Source of the DNA: Nemertoderma westbladi
Lineage: Eukaryota; Animalia; Xenacoelomorpha
Direction of reading: 5' to 3'
DNA: 64,000 nt
NCBI GenBank assembly: GCA_032718475.1
Contig: JAUCBJ010003313.1
Location: 1-64,000 of the forward strand
Part shown: in pieces, positions 35,359-52,088 of the stretch
How the letters are laid out: each line of letters starts with the position of its first letter
Position numbering within the stretch: position 1 is the stretch's first letter
Translations under genes and position numbers: made by a program
Notes under the pieces: model-generated
What the model saw: only the letters and a program-made list of their open reading frames with translations
Database searches by the model: none
What the model was told of the DNA's origin: nothing

Positions 35359-36808
35359 ATGACGGAATTGATAGAAGATGACCTTGGTATTAGAGAGCGA
35401 TATACTCTACCTTACAAGCGTTTGTGGATAGCTTGATACGCGGTGAAGCCGATCCGACTATTACGGAGGACGATGGTCGTTATATCGAACCGCCGATGTC
35501 CCAAGAGCAACTTACGCGTGAATTGGACTATCGAAAATTAACCGCTCGCTATACGCATCATAATGGTACGTATATGGACTTCTTAACTACCGGCCATCCT
35601 ATCGATTTACATGATACGGACGATGTAGACACCGAAAGGGAAATGGTTCTATTTAAATATCATACCCAGCGGCGTCGTAACGATAAACCGAGAATAGATC
35701 ACGAAAATTCTATTCGTAACAGACTGGGAAGACGAACCAATATGTCTAGAATCTGAGGAGATTCAGCCTATCGCGCTCGGAACAGCGACAACGATTACAT
35801 CCTAGAATGGTATCAAGGTCCACAGTGTCTCACTGCGTACGATTATCGCCATGCCAACTATGTTTCTCGGCAACGTTGTCGGTTATGCGCATCGAGAGAC
35901 CATGTTACGCCCATGGACACCAACGATCCTCTGTTCCTATTTCCACGAGCAACCGTCGATGGAAATCTATTGTGCATATTGTCGGCTTTAATAATTTGCA
36001 CATTTTTGCTGTCTGCCCCCAATTTATGACTCAATGTCACCATTGTCAACTAAAGGGACATGCCAGTTTCGATTGCCCTTTTAATCACGATTTGGAAAGC
36101 GTAGATGAAATGATCACACTACGTTACATCAGAGCTTGGGAAGCGAACACTGATTTATATTGTGATTCGCGCCATCGCTATTATCCCGGACGCGCTTACG
36201 AAGGAGTTTATGCGTTACATCCTTATCTATTCGCTTCGGTTGAACAGAAATCACGCATATCAAGTTACGAGCTACTGAAGCGCGTCGGAGAATGTATTTC
36301 AACCAAATTCGTACGCAAATTTCTCAGGAGTGTTAATCCTAGCGACCTTCATTCCTATAACTTAATCAATCATATCCGTCAGGATCCGGACTATGGAGAA
36401 TTGTTTGTTAACTCACACCCTGAGTTACAGGAAGTATATCGACGGCCTTACGAATACCGAGCCCGCGAACGCGAGTTGGAAAGAACCATTAAACCAAGGA
36501 AGTTTCTAACTGCCTATGGTCCACCCACGGCCCTCGTTCAGACCACTCGTAAAGGACCCGTAAGAGCGGCTGTCTTGAAACGAGCTCTCAAAGCCGTTAG
36601 ACCCCTCTCCCCGGACGTTGATGTCAATCAACCCGGTACTTCGACCGGCGGATATACCGATCGCAATCCCATACCTTCTGATGCAATCATATTGCACCCT
36701 TCACCCAGGAGTTATAGCCCTCCTCGTAAAGTGGCTCGCCCCAAAGAGAAAAGGACTCTTGCTAGCTTTAAAAAACTGCGTAAACGCCGTCCGCGCAAGA
36801 AAGACTAA
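35359..36808 (+). pseudogene. Accessory ORF in the env position of element B: multi-CCHC zinc-knuckle protein with basic C-terminus, disrupted
   Basis: ORFs 35424-35756 and 35807-36808. Reading through the TGA at 35754 gives RCRLCASRDH; then, across frameshifts, CAYC..NNLHIFAVC and the intact CHHCQLKGHASFDC; ends KKLRKRRPRKKD. A homologue lies at 1-1110. Confidence 0.65.
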
Positions 36809-36886
36809 CTGTTTAGAGTATTTTTATATTTTAGAAACTGTGATTTTGTATATTTTATAGACTTAAATCCCATTTTCTGGGAGCGG

Positions 36887-38069
36887 TGTAAAAGCTTTTG
36901 TGGGATAACTGATACGTTTGCCTTTGCTGGCCAGTTCCCCCCCAGTCGCTAGAATACTCTCAAAGGGATTTATAACTAAAATAGTGCAAGCTACCAGCTT
37001 ATTGGCTGATGTGCTGTACGGAGATATCTGGGCTCAGTTTAATCGGCCAACTAGCTTAGAGAGGTTGCCTTAGCCTTGCTGTTCGTGTCGGCCAATAGAA
37101 TTTGCGTAGGCGTTGATTTCGACCTATCCCAGCGCTACTGAACTGAATTTCCTATCTCTATGCTCATCCTCTGTGTTGAACGGGAGCTTCGTGGAATAAG
37201 GGTAGTTGGTATCTTCGTATAGAGCAGTAGTCACATGTTTCTGTTGTTGTGTTCCCATTTTTCGCCATAACACCGGCTTTTGGAACAACTCTAGTAAAAC
37301 TGCTTAGATTATAGAAAGTATAACTGTTACCGGCGGTGTTACCTCACTTAATTTAACTGCACTAATCATATTGTTTGTACTGCTATTTACCGTCAGTTAT
37401 TAATTGTATCGATTTGTTGATGAAATATTGTCATTTGGAGAATATTGATAAATCACCCAAATTTCCCAATTTCTTGATACACTACAGGTTAGAGAGACAG
37501 GCTATATATAACAATTGCGATTTATATCAATGTGGTGTGTATTGAATCTAATGTTATTTAGTAGACACTACCTGAGTCAATTGCTGTTCTCTTTATGTGT
37601 GATCAAATATACTGACGGTCGGCAGAATAGTGTGCATGATTGTGAGTGTGATGTGACTGGTAACAAAGCATTTCCTAAAGAATGCGACTTATACTTTAAT
37701 CATAAGCCTTATCGTTGCGTTTAGTATAAGTCCTAGCTCTGTTTAAATAGATAGAGCGCCACGTCCTAAAGGAACTGTTAATATTTCCCGAAAGTTAATA
37801 ATATCTGTCAGAGATTAATTATTAACGATCTATCGAATAATACAGTAAGTTTACACTGCAACCTTACACTGCAATAATAAAATCTAAGCATCCGAATTCA
37901 GCCTCCCGGGTGTAGATCCATCGGGTGAATGATCGCGCATGGGCTGGCTTCGGCTAATGTTTTGTTTATTAGCATAAAATATTGTCGTATGCTAAAGGTG
38001 TGTTAATTAACTAAAAGACATATAAATTTTGGCAGGTTAAACTGCTAAAGGTCTTCAAAAGCGCGAACA
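36887..38069 (+). repeat. 3' LTR of element B (1183 bp)
   Basis: TGTAAAAGC...GCGCGAACA, preceded by GGGAGCGG and followed by TSD CCATG. Confidence 0.95.
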
Positions 38070-40180
38070 CCATGCCTTTCCCTTACGTATTCGAAGGTCC
38101 TCACCTGACTTCCGGATCCATGATCCCAGGTAACAGAAGTCGTCCACATGCTCAAGCATACCATCCTTTGAGCTTATGCTCATCCGATCAGAGACTTGCT
38201 GAGGACTTTCAAAGTTAACTGTCAGAATTTTGGTCTTTCTGGAGTTAATAAAAAGACCAACACTAGAAGCAGCATGTTCTAATGAGCTGAGGAGCCGCTG
38301 GGCTCCCTCTAATGATTCTGAGAGTACTCCTAAGTCATCAGCAAAGTCTAGATCAGTTAGGTACTTGGCAGCATTTCCTCGACTTCTGGAGCCAGTAGGT
38401 GGAGTTATCATCACCCCATCATCATTATGATGATCTAAGGACATGCGTAGAACATAGTCAACCACAATAATGAACAAGAATGGTGCAAGTGTGTCTCCTT
38501 GGAGGACGCCCCATAACACTTCAAATGGTTCTGTGTCACCGTCAACAGTAGACACAAATGTTGTCGAACCGTCGTATACTGATCTGATTGCTGCAATAAT
38601 TTCATCAGGAATCCCATATAATGAAAGTATGCTGAACATACGTGAGCGAGAGACTGAATCAAAGGCCTTGAAGAAGTCAACAAAGATAACAGCCAGATGC
38701 CTGTCTTTCTTTTTTGATAACTCTTCAATTATCCTTCTAAGTGCCAAAATTGGCTCCATGGTCCCACGACCTTTACGGAACCCATTCTGATTTCCACGTA
38801 GCAGTCTCTCAATGGGATCCCTGATGCGATTTAATAGAATTCTATTGTATAGTTTTGCAGCAATCGAGATCAATGAGATTCCCCGAAAAGAACCATAGAG
38901 TGTTAGGTTGCCCTTCTTGGGAACTGGCACCAACTTATTTGTTTTCATTTCTTGTGGGACTCTTGTTGTACGGTACATGTCTACTATGATGGGATAGATG
39001 AGCTTTAAACACTCAGGTATTTTAAAGACCTCAGGGGGAACACCATCTACTCCACTGGCACGATTGGTCTTAATGCTCTTTGCAGCAGCCTTCACTTCTG
39101 CAAAGGAGATATCGCCAATGGGAATATCTGGGAGTACAGACTCAGACACTTTTACTTCTATAAAGTTATCAGGCAATACCCTGTCATTATTGAGGAGCTT
39201 TTCAAAGTGGGCTTTCCAACCATTAAGGCGATCGGCTGGTGATTCAGCCTTAACCTTGGTGGTTGGTTGGCTTTTCTGCCCAGTAAGCAGATTGATCGAT
39301 TTCCATGCCTGGGATGATTGCCTGCTGTCGTCAGCATCATTGATGGCATCAACCTGTTGGTTTATTAGCTCCTGTAGATTAACAGAGTACTGCCTGTTCA
39401 GGGACCTAGATGCAGCTTTAACTGCATTCTTGGCCGCTGTAGTCTGTTTGAGTCGGGACTCTTTCTGCGCCTTATGAAGGTCATTTCGGCACTTCTGAAT
39501 TTTGTTGTCAGTCCAGGGGGCCCTTTTCCTGTTTCGAGGGTATACAGGAACTGTTTCTGCAGCTGCTAACTTAACTGCTTCTGTAAAGGCAGTATAGCCC
39601 TCACAGTGATCTGCCGCCTCAGAGGCAAGAGCCTCATACCTGTTGCTCAGCTGTAGTGTGAAGCTGGATCTCACACTTGGCTGTTGCAACAGAGAGGACC
39701 AGTCATGCCGTGGCAAGGCAGATTTCGTTGTTCTGCTAGCACGCAGACTAAGTCTTACCTTGGCCACAATAAGGCGGTGATCACTGGAGAAGGGTCGAAG
39801 TGTAAATGCATTACAGTCTTGTATAGAGCTCCTGTATTTCCTACGAAACAGAATATGGTCTATCTGGGACTTGTGACCACTGGGTCCACTATGAGTCCAT
39901 AGCTTTCCAGTTCGCTTCTTGAACTGGGTTCCAGCCGAAAACAATCCATTTCCAGAGATAAAATCCTGAAGATGGACAGAATTTCGGTTAACACTATTGC
40001 TATAGACCCAGGGCGATGTAGGTGATTGATGCAGACTTGCATTAAAGTCTCCCAGGAATGTTAAGAATGCATGCTGATCCACTCCATCAGTAGCTGCTTG
40101 TAGATTGTGGTAGAAATTTTCCACCTCCTCTACAGGGGCAACACTAGTTGGAGAGTAGCACACAATCAGAACTACCTTAG
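38070..40180 (-). mobile_element. 5' part of the split RTE LINE: partial APE endonuclease plus RT, open frame
   Basis: GDFNA, QIDHIL and SDHRL (APE); FVDFFKAFDS, GVLQGDTLAP and DFADD (RT). 5'-truncated within the endonuclease. Confidence 0.95.
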
Positions 40181-40465
40181 GAAACTTATAGGAACCTTAG
40201 CACATTTTAAAATGTAAACACTATAACACGTAAAAACAGTAAAGACAAAAAATAAACTAGAATGTAACTACAATACACTTATATTATTGACCTTTCTATA
40301 TTGATGAAGAATTACATTGCATCTAATTGAATATTAACTACTTTATTCTATTTAATAAATACAGGCCATTTATTATATAAAGTGTAATAAATCTACAAGT
40401 TTTCTATATATAAATTAGGCACAGATTTTATAAAATGAATTAATTCATTAAGTTAGGATAAGAGT

Positions 40466-42153
40466 TCAGGGTCCATCGAATAGGTCACCCGGAGAGGGAC
40501 CGCCCGTCACCATAACAGACGCCACGTTGCCCACTAGAATGGCCACCTGAATCCGCTGTAGGAGGAAGCGGAGTGAGCGGGGTTCGTGGGTGAACGCGTG
40601 CATTCGGGAGCCAACCTCCCGGAGGAAGGCCGCAGTCTCCGGGCCGGGGCGGCCGAGGGTCTCAAAGGCCACAGGATGGAAAATGTGGAGGCCCTGCTGC
40701 TCCAGCTCGGCGTACGTCGCGCGTTTCCTCCGCTCTGCCTCCTCAGCTGTGCGCCCACCGGCGATGAGGGTCTGTTGGAGGTGGCTGGGGGCGAGGGGGT
40801 CGACTACCGTAGCGTCCCAAGTAAGGCTTTGTCCCCCGCTCCAAGGGGCGAGGCTCACCCCGTCCACTCGTTTCCCGTCGTTCCTGAAGAGACCCGGGGG
40901 TTCCAGGACTGATGGGATGTCGCAGCTGACCAGTGCCCGCCTCACCAAGTTGTTTATCATGGTGTGGCGGGGGTGCCGGCCCGCACTCCTCCGGCAGGAG
41001 AGGCCGTGAAGGCCGTCTGCGGCGACTGGACTACCGCAAAGGTCACAGGTGTGGGGTTCCACCACCTTGCACCCAAGCCGGGTGGCGATGGCGATCCGGA
41101 ACTGGGTGTTGGTTAGTTTCAGCCCCAACGAGGCGCAGGGGAGGGCATCGAGCCAGCAGCTCGCTGTGGGGTTGTCGACCGAGTTCAGCCGCGCGAGGTT
41201 CAGTTGCGATGCTGCGCGAAAGGATGCTGGCGAGGGACTCCTCGTGCACCGGGGCCATCCATGCGCGCTGGACAGGCACGGTGGGCAGCGCCTAACCGGC
41301 TGGAAGGGAGGTGTTGCGCACTGCGTGTGCCAACTCTACTGCTGGGCTAGGGGGGACCTCTGCAGACGGGTAAAGGCGGTTGGAAAGAGTAGCGCATGCA
41401 GCCGTGGAAGCCAAGAAGGCGGAGGGTGCGATCTGTGCTGCAGAACTCAGTCCTAGGCCGCCAACCCTTGCCGGGAGGCATGCCTGGGCCCAGGCGAGTC
41501 ATCAAAGTGGGTGTTGGCGACCTCCTGGAGTGTGCTACGCTGGACGCGATCAAAGTCCTGTAGTAGGGCCGGAAACCGGGAGCAGGGTGCCGTCCACAGG
41601 AAGTAGGTCAACCGCGGCATGGCAAATGAGTTCTTCAGGAGGAAGAACCCATGGTGGGCGTCGAGGAGCGGCAGGCGGCTAGCGAGAGTCAAGAGGTTTC
41701 CTACCTTGGAGGCGAGGCAGGACTCGATGGCGGAGTCTCCAATAGGCGCACCCAGCATCATCAGCTCGTCCAACGGCGGGTACTGGATGCCAGCGCAAAT
41801 GGTATCAAACTCCCGACGTATTTGGGCGCGTAACTCCTCCGTATCTGGCCCCAGGAAGAACACCTCACTCTTCCTGGGGTTTATTGTTAAACCGCACTTC
41901 CTCCCCCCCTCCTCGATCAACTGCGCCAAGTCCCACAGTACCACCTGGGAGTCGTCGGAGAGGTTCCCATCGTCCAGGAAACAGACGTTGAAGGCAGACT
42001 CCATTGTCTGGATGACGGGGTTGGCGGTGTCCCCCGAAGAGACGAGGGCCGTCAGTGTCCCCCTGCTGAACACCCTCGTCGGAGAGGATGGTGTCGTCGC
42101 CATGCATGAGGAAGGTCGCATCCCCATAGGCCGCGAGGGTGTAGTTGTATATG
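40466..42153 (-). mobile_element. CRE-clade RLE non-LTR retrotransposon, 5'-truncated, GC-rich, frameshifted (copy 1)
   Basis: GVQQGD, FLDDG, zinc knuckle CDLC...HGLSC, RHTMIN and DGKRVDG...WDATVVD (restriction-like endonuclease). An AT-rich 3' region extends toward about 40200. Confidence 0.9.
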
Positions 42154-42399
42154 CCTAGAATTATATTATTGATTTATAGTTAAGATTTAATTAAGTTAAG
42201 TTATAATTTATTAAGATTACAGATCTTAGGGCAATTTCTATCAATGTATTTCTTATTTAGCGGTTTATTTTTTTTTTTCAGTTTGGCCTACTGTTATTCG
42301 TGATAATCGAACAGAGGCGTATTTAAGTTTTGGTCAAGGAGTAGGATAAAATTCACTTTAAAAATGACGTTGAAAAACGGAAAGGTGGTAGGCCTACAC

Positions 42400-42441
42400 A
42401 CCAAGGCGTACTATATACATATGTATATAGTACGCCTTGGT
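42400..42441. repeat. 42-bp perfect palindrome
   Basis: ACCAAGGCGTACTATATACAT-ATGTATATAGTACGCCTTGGT. The arm CAAGGCGTACTATATA also occurs at 13372-13387. Confidence 0.95.
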
Positions 42442-43379
42442 ATACTCACATTAAAACAGATAATATGAAGGATGGCGATTAATGAAGGCATTAATTAGAA
42501 TTGGAAAGGAAATTGTGGATGTTAATATATTAATATATTAGTTACTAATATAGAAATATTGATAATACGTGAATGTGCATAACAAGGGAGAAAATTCGAG
42601 CGTAGCGAACAGTTTTTAAACAATGTTAAGATTTTGCGCATTTTATTCTACTTTTTATCCAATAATACTTTGATAATCTAATGACTTTATATTACAGGCC
42701 GGAATATTATAGTGGCTACACTTCTGCAGTAATATAATACTGTAGGAAATCGCTTTAGTGGTTTAGTACTCAAAAATTTCGCCCTCTTTTAGGCCTGTAA
42801 TTTCGCCCCCTAGAAACTTGCTGGTGGGCAATTTCCCCCCATTCCACCATGCCCCCCCTGCCCCCCTGCCCCCCCTGCCCCCCTGCCCCCCTGCCCCCCC
42901 CCCCTCTGGTCACCCCCTTCCCTTACGCCTATTGTTGACCCTTCTGTTGTCGTTATTAGAAATGTTTGAACACAAATAAGTCGATCAAGTATTGATGAAA
43001 TTGAAACAAACTTGGTACACATGTAGTCTATAAAAGGTTAAGAATATCCCTGCCATGTTTTGTGAAACCAGTTAATTCTAACCAAGATAGATTATACAAC
43101 AAATTAAGTTATCGAATATATATAAATTAATTTGAAATACAATATTGATATATATACCTCAAATATGTTTACTTATATTAAATATTAAATATGCAGATAA
43201 CTTAAGATGAACAACGATATAGTAAAACGAATTATCGCTCCATTTGCCATAGATTTGTTCATTCTAATTCCGGTTAAATTTCTTAACTGGATCTTAAAAC
43301 ATAAGATCAATTAATTATATACTCTTTTAACACATTTAACGTGTTAAGATGAATTTATTTCCTTTCAATATCTTCACAG

Positions 43380-43606
43380 GTCGCCTCCACAGTGCTACGT
43401 CGAAGGAACCAGTCGACCGCAGTGGCTCCCAATTGGCGTCACGTGATGGGTTTACTTCCCGCTAAACAAGATGAAATTCTCCAGGAAACGGAGAACCAAT
43501 CAGAGGCCGAAAAGGTTTCGCTATTGCAGCGGTTCAGTAAAGCTGCGCGGCTATTGGTTATTGTCCTTCGGTTTATAAGACCAGAAAAGGAGACAGACAA
43601 GTCAAG
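43380..43606 (+). CDS. CNBD2-like cyclic nucleotide-binding protein, exon a
   Basis: Acceptor CTTCACAG; VASTVLRRR...LLQRFSKAARLLVIVLRFIRPEKETDKS; donor AAG/GTACAC (phase 2), compatible with the next exon. A possible tiny first exon ATGAACAACGATATA/GT at 43207-43221 is unproven. Confidence 0.7.
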
Positions 43607-44213
43607 GTACACCCGTAGCAGTAAACCGAGCCAGTAGTATACATGGAACTTATGGGGAGGGGTTGGTCTGTGTTAATTAATCAATTTCATAGCAAACCGG
43701 TCAAACCGGCATTTTACTAATAAAAGTGTCTTGTAATTATTAATATACACACATATATAAAATATAAATATGCAATAAACAAAATATGGCACAAATTATA
43801 GCGAAATTGTTCCAGAATTGTTGAAGGGAGTGGGACACCTTGTTTCCTAGTTTGTTGGAAACCACATCTGTTTATTACCGGTTCAGTTGTTTTTGTTGCA
43901 TCACTGCCTGTTTTGGGATTATATATAGGGAAGTGAGTCTGTAACACGTTCATTATTCAGTGGTAAGCAATGTGAAGTCGTGACTAGGTCATTGTTGCAT
44001 GCAATGATACTTGATACATGGTCGCCATCTGGACTATTCATTCGAATTATTTCGCTTTGATTTTTCAGGGCTGCCAGCTGTATCTCTTTGCAGAGGTTGC
44101 CAGCTGTATCTCTTTGTAGAGGTTGCCATGGCGATGGTGGTGGTGAAGTCCAACTTATTATTATGATTCAAGATTAAAATTAAAATATTTTGCTTATATT
44201 TTCTTTGCTGCAG

Positions 44214-44376
44214 AATTTCCTTCCACATGTTGCAAGCTCAGATCCGCGAGGAGGGGCGGAAGAAGCGGGAGCTGATGTTCGACGTGTCGTTGTACCGGGC
44301 GAGGAAGGAAGCCCAGCTGCCACCGAAGGCGAGGGAGATACTGTCGATATCGCCAGGGTCGAGGTCCAAGGACGAG
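44214..44376 (+). CDS. CNBD2-like protein, exon b
   Basis: Acceptor TTGCTGCAG; (R)ISFHMLQAQIREEGRKKRELMFDVSLYRARKEAQLPPKAREILSISPGSRSKDE; donor GAG/GTGCGT. Confidence 0.8.
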
Positions 44377-44904
44377 GTGCGTCAATAGTCTGTGATAGGG
44401 GATAAGTATAAGTTATTTACACATTACGTCACGTTGTGTGGATAACGAACACACGGAATTCACATTGTCTAATGATTATGGGTATGGATAACGAACACAC
44501 GGAATTCACATTGTCTAATGATTATGGGCCTGTCTATAGAGTGGAAACACTAGTAACTTGATCATTATTTGTGAACAACCCCGTCTTAGTGAAATTACCT
44601 GTATTTTTCAAATCACTCTTCCACTAACGCATTACACATCCATACAGTATTGTTTTATGGGCTTAATGTCCTAATTCTACGTTGGTTTCTTTCCAATATT
44701 ACATAGTTTTCGCACCAAATATACTTTTTTACCGCCCCAAAACGATAGCCCCAAATTTAATGTTTCTGTAAGCAATATACATTAAAGCTACGTCTAAATA
44801 TATATTTCTTTCCCAGATTACAAACATTTCGCACCAAAATATTTAAATTCGTCACAAAATATTTTTTATACTGTATATTATTATATGTATTTTTATATTA
44901 GTAA

Positions 44905-45290
44905 TTGTTAACAACATCGTTTATTGTTTTGGTTAGAAAAAGCCGTCTCTGTAACGTGCTACTTTCCCTCACAATTGGTAACAACATAGTTTATTGTTTT
45001 GATTAGAAAACGCCGTCTCTTTAACCTGCTCCTTTCCCTCATTTGGTAACAACATCGTTTATTGTTTTGGTTTGAAAAATACGTATCTGTAACCTGATCC
45101 TTTCCCCGAATTGCTATAACAATATTGTTTATTGTTTTGGTAAGAAAAAGCCGTCTCTGTAACGTGCTACTTTCCCTCACAATTGGTAACAACATAGTTT
45201 ATTGTTTTGATTAGAAAAAAACCGTCTCTGTAACCTGCTCCTTTCCCTCATTTGATATTATCATTGGTTTATTTTTTTGGTTAGAAAAAC
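44905..45290 (+). repeat. About 70-bp tandem repeat (5-6 copies), intronic
   Basis: AACAACAT.GTTTATTGTTTTG.TTAGAAAA..CCGTCTCTGTAAC.TGCT.CTTTCCCTCA units. Confidence 0.88.
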
Positions 45291-45526
45291 CTACTCAATG
45301 GAAATAAATAACCAATTGAACAAATTTTACATCTTGGAACATTATATTATGCTTAATTAATTTAACCCGGTAAATAATGTGAAGTTTGCTGGACTGAATC
45401 ATATTTGATAGAATCTGTCTGCATCTATGTTTCATCTGTAATATAAGATTTGTAAAAAATGGAAATATTATGTTACCCATTATGATAAAATATACATTAT
45501 TCCCTAACAAACTTCCGGTATTTCAG

Positions 45527-45658
45527 ATAAACTTGACGATAAGAGCTTTACAGACGACGTGTGAAGCCTTCGCAGAGTTTCCGGTGAGAATGCAGGAGAG
45601 TTTGGCCTCTAAAGCAATTTACAGTTGTATCCGTGGCAACAGAGTGATTATTCGACAG
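45527..45658 (+). CDS. CNBD2-like protein, exon c (start of cNMP-binding domain)
   Basis: Acceptor ATTTCAG; INLTIRALQTTCEAFAEFPVRMQESLASKAIYSCIRGNRVIIRQ; donor CAG/GT (phase 0). VIIRQ-G is the start motif of a cNMP-binding domain. Confidence 0.85.
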
Positions 45659-46064
45659 GTTATTGTTAAACTCTTTATTGTTTCAATGTGGCCCTTCCAT
45701 AACATTCTCACAAATTACCTAAACAAATATATATTATTAGGGTTGTGGTTCAATCAATATATACAATTTGTCGATTTGGATTCGGGTGGGCAGTGGGAAT
45801 TATCAGTGGGAATACAAATACGGTAGTGATTTAGAGCAAATTTTTGTAATTTAAATTTTTTGTCCATTTTTGACGTATTGTCTGATATATTTTTAGTAAT
45901 GACTTACGAAAATTTTTTTTTCTTTTGCAATGTCACAAAATTAAAAAACGATAAAACAGAGAAAAAGATACTGGTGGCTTATAATGAAACAAACCAATAA
46001 ACAAACTTCTATATCACAAGTACGCCTAAACATATAACAATATCACAATATCAATTTATGTCAA

Positions 46065-47829
46065 CGGTGATGAAATTTTCACGGTGATGAAATCTTACTC
46101 TCTGATGAAGGAGCCCAACAAGGTGCCCCCGAGGGACCCCCTCTCTTCGGAGACACGATCAACGACACCATCCACTCGTTGAAATCCGATTTTAACGTAT
46201 GGTATCTTGACGATGGTAACATGGCAGGATTGTATACCGTTGTTCTAGACGATCTGAGAACGATAATTGTGGAAGGGAAGAAACTCGGCCTCACCCTAAA
46301 CCCCTCAAAGTGCGAGCTATTTTTTCTGGGTCCAGTTTCTGACGATGATCGAGCCCGGATTCAGGAAGATTTCAATAGAGTTTGTGGAGGAAAGATCCAG
46401 TTACCTTCAGCTGACCAACTGATTATGCTAGGGGCCCCAATCGGATCCGAGGCTATAGAGTCCTGTCTGACTGACAAGATAAACGACTTGGCCTTGATTA
46501 GCGACCGGCTTCATCTCCTCGACAGCCACCATGGATTCTTCTTGCTTAGGAACTCTTTCGCAATCCCTCGCCTGTTATATTACCTCCGCTCTGCTCCATG
46601 TTTTTCGTTCCCCCAGCTTCTGGAAAGATATGACGATTCACTGCGGTCTGCATTGGTGAAAATGGCAAACGTCGGAATCAATGACAGTTCGTGGATACAG
46701 GCCTGTTTACCAGCTCGTTCAGGTGGGTTGGGCCTAAGCTCAGCCATACAGCTCGCCCCTTCTGCCTATCTGGCTTCTGCGGCAGCATGTGCTGAACTTA
46801 CTGGCTGTCTTTTCACCACCACTGCGCCTACTCCATCTCGAAACACCTTAACTGATCACGCCTATGTGCTCTGGAAGAGATCGGTGGCCACCGATTGCGA
46901 GCAACCTTCAGCGTCCTCTGTAAACATGCAGAAGACTTGGACAAACCCGATCCATGAAGAGAACCTCGCGTCACTTCGCCGCACCGCTTCTCCAAAGAAT
47001 ATCGCTCGACTAAACTCTTTAGATGACCCTGTCGCCGGTTGCTGGATAGACGCGCTACCATCGTCGTCGCTAGGTTCAAAGCTAACTGACAGTCAGCTCC
47101 GCATCTCAATCGCTACTCGACTAGGCTGTCGAGTCACAGAACAACACACATGCGCCAGATGCGATAAGGAAGTCGATACCGAAGGCCTACATGGCTTGTC
47201 CTGCCAGAGGAGCTTGGGGCGGATTCCGTGCCACACGGCGCTAAATGACATCATAAAGCGCGCACACTCCAGCTGTGGTGTTCCGTCCATCCTGGAGCCG
47301 CCAGGCCTCTGTCGAATGGACGGTAAACGCCCAGACGGCATGACCCTCATCCCTTGGTCGCGCGGTAAGTCCCTGACGTGGGACGCGATGGTTGTAGACC
47401 CTCTAGCGCCCAGCCATCTCGCTACCAGTCTATCCGCAGGAGGTCGTGTTGCCAAGGAGCAAGAAGAGACCAAATCCAGAAAGTACGAAGAACCAGTAGA
47501 CCGATGATACCTCTTCGCACCAGTAGCCTTCGAAGCCCTTGGCCGGCCAGGACCAGCAACAACCTCATTCCTGAAAGAGGTCGGCAGGAAGATTTGACAA
47601 GCAACACAGGAACCCCGGTCTCATCGATTCCTGCTGCAAAGACTCCTGATAGCCATCCTAATCGGCAACTCGGCCTCGATCCTAGGAACTGTAGACTCCA
47701 CTAACAATAGCAGCCTCTTCGACATACTTGAAGAACATTAATAATTAATAATTATTTAACATAAATACAAAACATTTAATTTAATTTAGTTTATATAAAA
47801 AAAAAAAAGTTTATATTAATAGTAATAAT
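46065..47829 (+). mobile_element. CRE-clade RLE non-LTR retrotransposon, 5'-truncated (copy 2)
   Basis: ORF 46179-47507 has WYLDDG, CARC...HGLSC and DGKRPDG...WDA; premature stops near the end. 11-bp TSD ATTTATGTCAA (46054-46064, 47830-47840). Confidence 0.92.
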
Positions 47830-48148
47830 ATTTATGTCAATATTAATTTTTAAGTTATATCAATTTAGCAGATGGTGGGGAGAGGGGGGGGGAGGGGGGG
47901 AGGAGGGGGACTGTACGCAATAAAAATTCATCCCTCTCCAGGGGAAGAAATTCGATGCAAATAACAGATGATTACACCCAAAAATAAAACTACTGTAACC
48001 GGAGTTAGTGAAATTTATTAATTAATATAAATAATTAAATAAAAATGGAGATCAAATTAACTAAATAAATGAATACGAGTCCATGTTCTCTATAACGAAA
48101 ACAAGTAAATGTTTTCTGATACATAACATCTAAAACTGTTGCGGGTCC

Positions 48149-52088
<3,940 letters not shown>

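Larger units (their letters stand above)
23751..38069 (+). mobile_element. Non-autonomous BEL/Pao LTR retrotransposon (element B, 14.3 kb)
   Basis: TG...CA LTRs at 23751-24932 and 36887-38069, 5-bp TSD CCATG (23746-23750, 38070-38074), Pao-type gag/protease and a short purine tract GGGAGCGG. No RT or integrase visible. Confidence 0.95.

Noticed and set aside
40534-42158. Overlapping antisense ORFs in the CRE copies (also 46828-51147)
   Set aside because: Shadow frames of GC-rich retrotransposon coding sequence.
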